Shown one piece after another: positions 53,501 through 64,000 of a DNA stretch of 64,000 nt. The number at the start of each line of letters is the position of its first letter. The first letter of the stretch is position 1. The notes beneath the pieces were generated by a model, which was not told the origin of the DNA, made no database searches, and worked only from the letters and a program-made list of their open reading frames with translations. Source of the stretch: Felis catus. Lineage: Eukaryota. Both the position numbers and the translations under genes were made by a program. The stretch is taken from contig NC_058371.1 in the NCBI RefSeq assembly GCF_018350175.1, positions 104,346,001 through 104,410,000 on the forward strand. Direction: 5' to 3'.

Positions 53501-54907
53501 GGGGTTCCTGCATGTTCTGATGCCCACAGGGGCCTGATAGGAAATCTAAGAGATGAGCCTGAAAGTTCTGCTCAGTCTGAGGGAGCCAGGTGCCCTGGCC
53601 TTGGCCAGTGTTCCTTCATGAGAATTGGGGCTCGGAATGGCCTGATTTTTCCGAAGCCAGAAATCCTTTTTTGCTGTCGTTGTTAAAATCTCCCAAATTT
53701 TTAAATAGTATAACAGATTGGAATGTATTTGCCAGGTCGGCTAGTTTTCCAACTCAAGTTAATGGGCTTCCCCCTCTTTGGAGGTTTTGGGACCTTAAAA
53801 CTGGAACTTATGACTCATAGAAAGTGAAGGGAATAAAATTTTTCCCTCTCACTCATTTAATAAATGTTCATGTCAACAAATACCAAAGCTGTATCCATCA
53901 GTAGTCACAGTGGATACAAAGATGGGTACAAAGATACAGTCCTGCCTGTAGATCCCACTGTACTTAGGAGACAGATAAACGGGAAATTACATTATAGTGA
54001 ACTTCCTGTAATTAAACAGGTATTCCCCAGGTGGGGTCCGCTCTGAAGGGCATCCAGTCCTTTTTTGGATGGGAGCTGTGTCTTAAAGGAGTCCATCAGT
54101 TAAAGAGAGTAGGTACTTTATCGGAGAAGCAGGAGGTACAAAAAGCAGGTGAAAAAGAGCAAGGTATATGTGAAGAATTCAGGGGTGTTTACTACAATTA
54201 AATGATAATCGAATCAAAACCAATGATACTAATTAAAAAACAGATCCTCCTCCAAAAAACAAAACTGGCTTCTCAAGACCCATCCCAGATCTCCTGAGTC
54301 AGAATCACTGAGGTATTTTTTAGTAGGCACTCTAGGTGACTCATGACCAGGCTTGGGTGACTTCGTCTCTAGTAGAGATGGTGTCAAATCTGAAAATAGG
54401 ATAGTTCGCCTGGATTCGAAGCTGGGCTCCATTCCTTAACTAGCTGGCTATTATGGGTAAGGCAGTTAGCCTCTTTGTGCTTAAAGCACAAAGTACCTGA
54501 AAAATAGAGCTAGAGTGTCAACTTAATAAGATTGTCTTGAGAATTCAATACTTAGAACATTATCGTTATCCTGCTCACCACTTGATTCCCAGCCCATAGT
54601 ACTGGGACAGGTCCAGAATAATTACTCAGTAAATATCTGCTGAATGACTAAGACTAAGTGGGTATAAACGGGCCAGATCACTGGAGTCCTTAGTTTTGCT
54701 TATTATTGTAGGTACAACCTCAGGGTAGTCACCGTCTCTCCTCTACCTAATCTTCCTGGAACCGTATTAGTTACCCACCCCTCCCCCAGTGATTCATTTG
54801 AAAAACAAAACCAAAAAACAGAAGTAGCTCCTATACCAAAAGATTTCTAGAGTGCACATTAGAAAGAAAAAATAAACACAATGCACTATTTCCCTGTAGT
54901 AAAGTGA

Positions 54908-55222
<315 letters not shown>

Positions 55223-56756
55223 TGAATAGGGATTTTTAAGTCTCAGCAATTAATATACTGTCACCTAATGCATCCCTGAGATTTTCAAAGAAAAATGATC
55301 AACCCTAACAAGACACGTATTGGATTTTTACTATGCATCAAACACCAGGTGGAAGAATAGGGGACATTATCCCCAATAGTGGGAGCAGGATGTACAAAGC
55401 CAGGAGGACAGAGTGGGGATGGGCTGGGAGCCTTAGTGGAGGGGGAGTGAGAGTGGCAAGGGAAGCAAGTGGAGAGGAAGGTTACGATGCAAATCATATG
55501 TAACCTTGTAAGCTGTTCAGAGGAATTTGGATTTTATTCTGAAAAACAGTGGTGAGTCACTGAAGAATTTTAAACGGAAGTAACTTGATCTCATTGCAGA
55601 GGTTATGATCACACAGGCCAGGGAAGGACCAAAACAGAGTGAACTCCTTTGGAAATAAGGGAGTACAGGCGCTTGATGTGAAGCCAAGCTTGTGGTTCGA
55701 ACAAGAGGGGTTACCTCTGTGGGGTGTGGATGAAAACCGATTTTAACCCCTGTTGATTACTTATTCACCCCTCAGAAAACAGCAAGACTTCAGGCAGAAT
55801 CTTCTAATACCAGCTGCAGAGTGCAGGGAAAATCTTCATAATGGCAATGTGTATTAGCATCAAAGAATAAGGGAGAATAGAAAGGATTGTTTGAAAACAA
55901 AATGTAGTAATTTACCTTTAAAGTTTTTTTTTTTTTTTGGTTTGTTTGTTCTTTCCCTGGTCAGTTGAATTTCTAGTCTTCTTATACAGATTTCCTGTCT
56001 GGAAATTTAAATACCTTGAAGGCCTCTACTATTTAGCAATCCATTAATTCATAAAATGAAAATTTATTAACATAAACAGTGTACCCAGCACTGTGCTAAG
56101 TATTCATTTGAGCGAAGAGCTGTCCTGCTCTCAAAAGCCTCACACAGTTAGGAATGAAAACTCAGGACTAATAGAGCTAACGGTAATATAGTGTCATTTA
56201 TGGTATTCTTGGGGTATTCTTTCTTAAATTTAGCCAAAGTTTCTATTACTCTTGGATGAAAACAAAGAACTACTATCTGTGAAGTCTAATTAATACTTCA
56301 CTCTTACTAGAACATGTTGATTAAGGGATATCATGTCATTTGATTATTTCAAGAAGCCCTCAAGAAAGGTTCTCTGGTTGTTATTGTCTCTGTTTTCAGA
56401 TGAAGAAATTCAGATAGCATGATAAGAGTAAAAAGGTCATGAATTTTGAGTTATAGCCCTACTAGTGAGTAGCTCTTATTTCCTTAAGCACTTAATCTCT
56501 CAAGTTCTCGGTTTCACAGTCTGTTAGTTGGGGATAATGGTATGACTTCCTTATGAGGGTCTTGTGAGAATGACACATGCATCGATGTGATTGTCTGTTT
56601 GTATGCATGTGTATGTGTGTAGATGGTGTTTTGCTGCTTAACACAGTACCTAAGACAGTTGTAGAGTACATGTCACTTCTTCCTTCCTTCAGCCAAATTT
56701 GACAATGGTTGTATCACCCCATCCAATTTCTCTACTATAGGTTATAGGGCTCATTT

Positions 56757-56950
56757 AAAAAAAATTAATGTTTATTTTTGAGAGAGAGAGAGAGAGCAGG
56801 GGAGGAGCAGAGAGAGAGGGAGACACAGAATCCAAAGCAGGCTCCAAGCCGTCAGCACAGAGCCCGACGCGGAGCTTGAACCCACCAACCATGAGATCAT
56901 GACTTGAGCCCAAGTCGGACCCTCAACCCACTGAGCCTCCCAGGTGCCCC
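56757..56950 (-). mobile_element. CAN-SINE
   Basis: Perfect TSD ttatagggctcattt (56742-56756 / 56951-56965). Confidence 0.93.
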
Positions 56951-58193
56951 TTATAGGGCTCATTTTCAATAGCCTTTTCTATTAATGGAATAAAGACCTC
57001 ATTTAAGGCCAGTTCTAAATGTGAATCTCGGTTCTGCTTCTTGCTAGTTACAGGACCTTAAAAAGCAAGATAGCATTTCAAATCCCTTTGCATTCTCAGA
57101 TTTCCTTACTTTAAACTAGCAATGATGCTGTTTAAAGGGCCTGGCCAGAACAAAGGAATGTGATCCTTTTACCTGTTTATGAAATTCTTATAAGTTGACT
57201 TATTTCTTAAAAACCCATACGTTTTCAGATAGCATTTGAGTGTCGCATATGAAGATAGTCACTCAGAATTTCTTTAGCAATCTTTATTCTTACCTTTCCT
57301 TCAATTTTTGACTATTAGGCAGATACTTTTCCTCTGTGTTTCATTCATTTACTCTCCTTTTCTGTTTGATGAACTACTATTCTGATTCTGGCAAACATCA
57401 ATTTGAATAGCAGTCATTCTGATTGACCTTCCTGCCTTAGTGACTCTTCTGTCATGTTTATTTCAGATATTCTTGTCAGTATAGTTTTAGGATGATAAAA
57501 TTAAAACGTTATTGCTGGTGAGGATGTTAGCATCATGACAAAGAATATTTCCTACTGAAAGATATGTCAAGTCTTCATGTCTCTTCTTGGCTTCCAGATC
57601 TTGAGTCACTCTCCTATTAACATCACAACCATTGCTCTTGCTCATCTATGAAATGGACTCTTAACTCAACTTGAACAAATCTGCATGTGCTGTGCTTATT
57701 TTCACATTCTGTCTGTTCCATGTCATTCCTCCTGAATGGACTGTCCCACTTGAAAGTCTGCCCCACTTCCTGCCACAACGTGCTTTTCTCTTCCTCAGAG
57801 CCTGACTCAACCTTAGGTTTAACTTCACTCCACTTGGAGTACTGGTGAAAATTTGTTTTCTCGATTGGATTTATTTCCTTTATATGTGCACTTCTATTAT
57901 TTTCACTACTGATTGGGCTTCTTGAAGGCAGGAACTGAGCTATTTTCTGTCTCTTCTCTTTCTCCCAGAGCATTTTGAGTCTGCCACCCAGGACTTAGGA
58001 AGCCTCTGTAATTGTTGGAGACTGATTCAGGGTATTGAGCATGCTCCCTAGAGTCATCCAAATTGCACATAATTATTCAGTAGTCCTGTACAAAAGACTG
58101 TATTTCAGATTTGAACATGCCAAGCATGTCCATCAAGCACTGAGCCGATCTGACCATAATTTTCCTAAATGCTGTTAAGAACATCCTGATAGG

Positions 58194-58490
58194 CCTATAA
58201 ATATAGAGAGCAAACTGCTGGTTGCCAAAGGGAAAGGGGTTGGGGGGATGGGCAAAATGGGTGAGGAAGAGTAGGAGCTACAGGCCTCCACTTATGTGTG
58301 GAATGAATAAGTCACAGGAATGAATGGCAAATCATAGGGAATGCAGTCAGTAATGTTGTAATAGCATTGTGTGGTGACAGGTGGTCGCTACACTTGTGGT
58401 GAATACAGCATGACATATAGAGAAGTACTATGTTGTGTACCTGAAACTAATGTAACATTCTATGTTAACTATACTCAAATAAAAAAATGT
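58194..58490 (+). mobile_element. Carnivore L1 3' UTR fragment
   Basis: caaactgctggttgccaaagggaa...gtacctgaaactaatgtaac, A tail; degenerate TSD aaga..tcctgata. Confidence 0.85.
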
Positions 58491-59952
58491 TTTTAAAAGA
58501 TCTCCTGATAACAGAATCTAAAACTGTATTTAAATCTAGTTTCTAACTATTATCTCCATTGGATGACCCAGTTCTCTTAGGCCCCTCTTGTTAGAAGCAT
58601 AACTGAATAGTCTATCAGGAATTGTATTTCATAAAGTCATTTTGGTCATTATTTAACATTATATGATATGTGTGCATATTTAGTTGCATCTACAGATGTA
58701 TGATTAGTAAAGACATATGTTCATAGGTTAAATTTCTGTGTTTTCCTGCATATTTTCCTTGAGTATTTAATTAATCACCAGTAATTTTCTGTAACACTTT
58801 ACAGTTTCTAAGCATATGAAAGAAAGTTTAGAGCTCTTACTTAAAGTTCTGCTAATAAGATGAAGCTATCATCTTTCTAGCTCACTTTGTTCAGAAATGG
58901 TCACGATGAAAGAAACTGCAATATACTTGGTATTAACACATGTCAGTCGTAGTCACACAGAAATCCTCTGCTAAGTATGGTGACTTGGAGGTTCAAGAGC
59001 TATGGAACATTAGGGTTGCTTGTTATCAGAATTCCCTGTGAACTGTGTTATAGAACAGGAACAAAAAGACCAAAAAAGAAAAGGAAGGTTATGAGAGCAC
59101 AGATTTTCTACCAAATCCCATGTAAGCAATTTCTACCAACAATGAAGAAACCTTGTTTTTGGCCTGCTTCTGCAGCCAGTCATTCTGTGTTGAATATTGT
59201 TAAAGCAACATTCTTTTCCCTGGTACTTTTTCCATATCCCAGGGCAATGCTTTTTGTGTTTGAAGTATCTCCAGGGATATACGTAGGAAGAAGTACATAT
59301 TTATTTTTACGGATCCCCCAAAGTATAGTAAATCATTCAGAATGGAAGAGAGGCAGGCTCTGATGCTAACACAAACAAAAAATAACCATGCTCAGGGCCC
59401 GTGAGTCCCTGGGGATCTTACTGAATACACTACTTAGAAGTTGAATTAAACCCAGCTTTTGAGATTTCCGAGGTCTGTCCCTTTTTTCCCATCTTTTAAA
59501 ATATGTCTTTTTCATGTGGACCCCAGGGCTTTATTTTACGTATATATTTAAACATTACTTCTTGGTAACCAAGCAGTAACTCTGCCTGAATATTTAAGCG
59601 TAGTTTAAAAGGGACAAAAGACTTGCTGATTGCATCAGGACTTGGAGCTCCATTTTGTCCTTGGACGTGTGCTGTATATGTTAGCCCCCAATCCACCCCT
59701 GACAGCCTTGCTCTGAATTGAAATTGCAGAGCAGAATTAAAAATTGTTGCAGAATTAAAAACTGGGAGCATGAAAAGAACTTGAGAGTAGCTGTTTCTAT
59801 GGCTCTCTAGAAGTGAATTCATACATAACGGACCATTTGGACTCTCCTAATTGATGGCACCTGAACACAGTATCTTTTAAAAAGCTAGTCAGTGCCCTCC
59901 CTACCCATGCCAAAAATACCTTAGAGCTGTCTTGCATTTTACATCTCATTTA

Positions 59953-60480
<528 letters not shown>

Positions 60481-61159
60481 TGAAGAAGACTAGCATGGCA
60501 AAATAGTTATTAATTTTCTTTCATATGTAACCTACATGGCATATTTTTTTAAATCTTTAAAATTACTTCACGTTAAATTTAATAGTCTTTGGGCAAAGAA
60601 ATACATTCTCCAGAGGAAATTTCTACTGTATAAGAAAAATAATCAGATTTCTCGTGTCCACATTCAACCTGTTCCATAGTAGAATTCCTCAAAATCCACC
60701 CACATGACTTCATAGATAGGTCCAGGGTTCTCTATCGCATTTTCTCTGGAGCCCTCAGTTAAATCTTCTAAGTACTATGTCATGGAAAGCGTTTTCATAT
60801 CATATACATTGACCATAGGATGTTACAAGGAAGATCAATGCAGAGAACATTCAAGTAATTCATTGCTTTCCAGGCCAAATTTTATCCATATCTCTGTCCT
60901 TAGATTCTAACTTCAGTGGAAATTGACTAGTTATTCTAGGTAAGTGATTCCAGGCATCCATCATATATCACTGCTTTTAATTCAGAGCTTCCATGCTCTT
61001 TTTTTTTAAAGTAAATTCTGAAAATGGTATCCTCTGTCTCTACTTCCCTAGGGTGCACACTGGCTAGAGCTAAGAGAAGGAATTGTCCAAGAAGCCATAT
61101 GCAATACCATAGTAGTATTTTCCTGCCATAGCAACGTTTGTAAGAAATAGGGTAAACTT

Positions 61160-61385
61160 GGGGCGCCTGGGTGGCGCAGTCGGTTAAGCGTCCGACTTCA
61201 GCCAGGTCACGATCTCGTGGTCCGGGAGTTCGAGCCCCGCGTCAGGCTCTGAGCTGATGGCTCAGAGCCTGGAGCCTGTTTCCGATTCTGTGTCTCCCTC
61301 TCTCTCTGCCCCTCCCCCGTTCATGCTCTGTCTCTCTGTCCCAAAAATAAATAAATGTTGAAAAAAAAAATTAAAAAAAAAAAAA
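61160..61385 (+). mobile_element. Youngest-subfamily felid SINE (pair 2, left arm)
   Basis: Perfect 18-bp TSD aagaaatagggtaaactt (61142-61159 / 61386-61403). Confidence 0.96.
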
Positions 61386-61490
61386 AAGAAATAGGGTAAA
61401 CTTCTTTTGAGCTATGGAAAGGTCATCAGGATTATACCACTGAAAACTATCCTTGCTTTTTATGAAGAATAATAAAATCAGGATCTTTTT

Positions 61491-61693
61491 CAACGTTTAT
61501 TTATTTTTGGGACAGAGAGAGACAGAGCATGAATGGGGGAGGAGCAGAGAGAGAGGGAGACACAGAATCGGAAACAGGCTCCAGGCTCTGAGCCATCAGC
61601 CCAGAGCCTGACGCGGGGCTCAAACTCACGGACCGCAAGATCGTGACCTGGCTGAAGTCGCACGCTTAACCGACTGCGCCACCCAGGCGCCCC
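61491..61693 (-). mobile_element. Youngest-subfamily felid SINE (pair 2, right arm), essentially tail-less
   Basis: TSD caggatcttttt (61479-61490 / 61693-61704). Confidence 0.96.
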
Positions 61694-62348
61694 AGGATCT
61701 TTTTCTCTGTCATCAACATACAACATGGCGAGTTGAGAGTTTCCAGCAGAGTGGAGCTGATAATTTCAACTTATTTTCTTACTGATGAAGGAGAACAGTA
61801 GTGTAAATAATACAAATGGCAGATATTACAAAAATAACCTATGTTTGGCTTTAGAATATATTGTGCAACTTTTTAAAGCCAGATTTTCATTCCCAATCCT
61901 CTTACTTTCTATTGTTTTGCTTACTGTTCACATTGTCTGTGTTCCTTAGGGATACGACAACTGCTGGCAGAGAGTGAGAGCAGCAGAATCTTCAGGGAAC
62001 CAGAAGGCAGAGAGACAACAATTATTTAAAGTTTATTTTGATTATTCCACATACATGTAGATAATTAAGAGTTAATGGTATTTACTAGAGGTGGACAGAT
62101 TATTGATTGTTGGAGGCATTTCAGCTTGTTCTGGTGAGAATGACATTTGTAATAATCCCATTCGAAAGACAAAGTACCACTTGCTGCCTGCAGACTAGGA
62201 TTCCAGCATGAGTCCTTTGCAACCATAAATAAGCATATATGAAAAGCTAGTCGGAAACACAAATACATGACTGGTGAGAAGAGGTATTCTAATGAACTTC
62301 ACCAAATTGCCTTTCTCTTTCTTTCCTCTGACGTCTTTGGTCATGTAG

Positions 62349-62444
<96 letters not shown>

Positions 62445-62879
62445 TAAGGCGCGTCTTCCCCAGTAAAAGAAGAAAATGTTTCTTTTAAATTGTAGGGATG
62501 TCTTTTTTAAAGTAAGAGCAACAGCAAAATTTGATGGTACCACATTTCAATTGATCGGGGTCCTACAACATACTCTGGTTGTATTCGAGTGAAATGGAAA
62601 AAAAAATAGTGTGAATCCAATGTTGTGTTGGTAACATTTCTGGCCTAAAGCTCAGAAAGTATGTTTGTTGAGAATCTTATTTCATTAGATAATTACCAAG
62701 AGTTTTGCTTTAGTGTATGCATACCCAGCTTAGGAGCTTCATTAGAAAACTAAGTCTGGTTCAAAAGAGGTGGAATTTTATCCTGGACTAGAAAAGATAA
62801 TATCTGAAAAGTGCTTAGCTCAGTCCTAAGTACTTAGTAAGCACTCAGTAGAAGGAGGATTTTGGTGTTAGTGGAGACA

Positions 62880-63420
62880 GTGCAGCACAATGTTGGCAAT
62901 TTGGGGCTCTGCATTCAGGCTGGATTCGAATCCTGCCTTTGCCATGCAGTTCCCGTGTGACCTTGGGCAAGGGAACTTATTTCTCTACTTTTCTCTTGTT
63001 TTCTCTATTAGTCTCTATTCTCTCTTATTTCTCTCTTTGATTTCCTGATTTGTAAAGTGGAGATGATAGCGAACCTACCTCGTAGGGTTGATGTAAGTTT
63101 TAAGAGATAACACATATCAATATGAGGCGGAATGTGCAGTGCATTTTTTTATTTCTTTTAATGTTTATGTATTTTTGAGAGAGAGAGAGAGAGACAGAGT
63201 GCAAGCAAGGGAGGGCAGAGAGAGAGGGAGACACAGAATCCAAAGCAGGCTGCAAGCTCTGAGCTGTCAGCACAGAGCCCGATGCGAGGCTCGAACTCAC
63301 GAACCACAAGATCATGACCTGAGCCGAAGTCAGATGCTTAAGCGACTGAGCCACCCAGAGGCCCCTGTGTGGTGTATATTTAAGTGTTAAGTCTTAGCAG
63401 CAGATGCTAGTGATACTCCT
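62880..63420 (+). mobile_element. MIR interrupted by a SINE
   Basis: ggattcgaatcctg...tgtgaccttgggcaag...acctacctcgtagggttg. Confidence 0.75.
63144..63365 (-). mobile_element. Felid CAN-SINE
   Basis: Antisense, full-length copy. Confidence 0.92.
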
Positions 63421-64000
63421 ATCACCATCAGAAGCCTGTTTTCTGGCTGGTTTTGAAAGTAGATACTAACCCTTGACACAAGTGTTTCAGGCTCCCTTAT
63501 GGGCCATGCTTAAAGTGACATTTGCAATGACAAATGAGATGATAAAGGTGACATCACTTTTCATCAGAGTTTTGAGCCCCTGTGACATGTTTATTTTCTT
63601 GTAGCAACTTAGTTGAAAAGCCTACATCTTAATGGCAGGATCTCTTACTACTTAGCATTTTTCTAAGTATGCAAGTGATTCAACTAATGGATAGATCTCT
63701 TAAGGAAATTCCAGATGTCTGATATCTTGAGGGAATTTCAGAGAGCTCTCTAATCACATTCCCTTTATTTAAATAAATGGAAAACTTCATGTAGAAAGAA
63801 TTGTAGTGATGCAGCAACTGTGTCCTCTGCTGACCTTTGATGGGAAAAGATATCAAGCTCTTGCCTGAGTGTCAGAGACTGGCTCTTTCCTCTCTTAAGA
63901 TCTAACGTTTTGGAGAACAGATTGGATGACATGTCCTTTGTCCTCTGTGCTTTGTCATATGATTGTGTTCCTGAGCCTGACGTTGACATGGGAGTAATTA

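Overview
Felid (cat-family) genomic DNA lying entirely inside the PDE5A gene (cGMP-specific phosphodiesterase 5A, + strand). Nine coding exons are readable: exons 4, 5, 7, 8, 9, 11, 12, 13 and 14 in human numbering, about aa 278-667, covering the end of GAF-A, GAF-B and the start of the catalytic domain with YHNWRH and HDLDH. Exons 6 and 10 are not in the called bases and most likely lie in two of the five N gaps. The rest is AT-rich intron packed with carnivore/felid CAN-SINEs, L1, L2, MIR, MLT and Tigger elements. I cannot support a wholly new biological system. The most unusual observations: (1) all four copies of the youngest SINE subfamily form two tight, near-identical inverted pairs bracketing exons 12-13, a 273-nt stop-free circularisable unit; (2) a GC-AG intron; (3) gaps that fall only on exon positions or Tigger elements; (4) a probable GC-biased gene conversion footprint on exon 14; (5) several nested or templated insertion scars. 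Exon numbering, human residues and repeat family names come from memory, not from a search.
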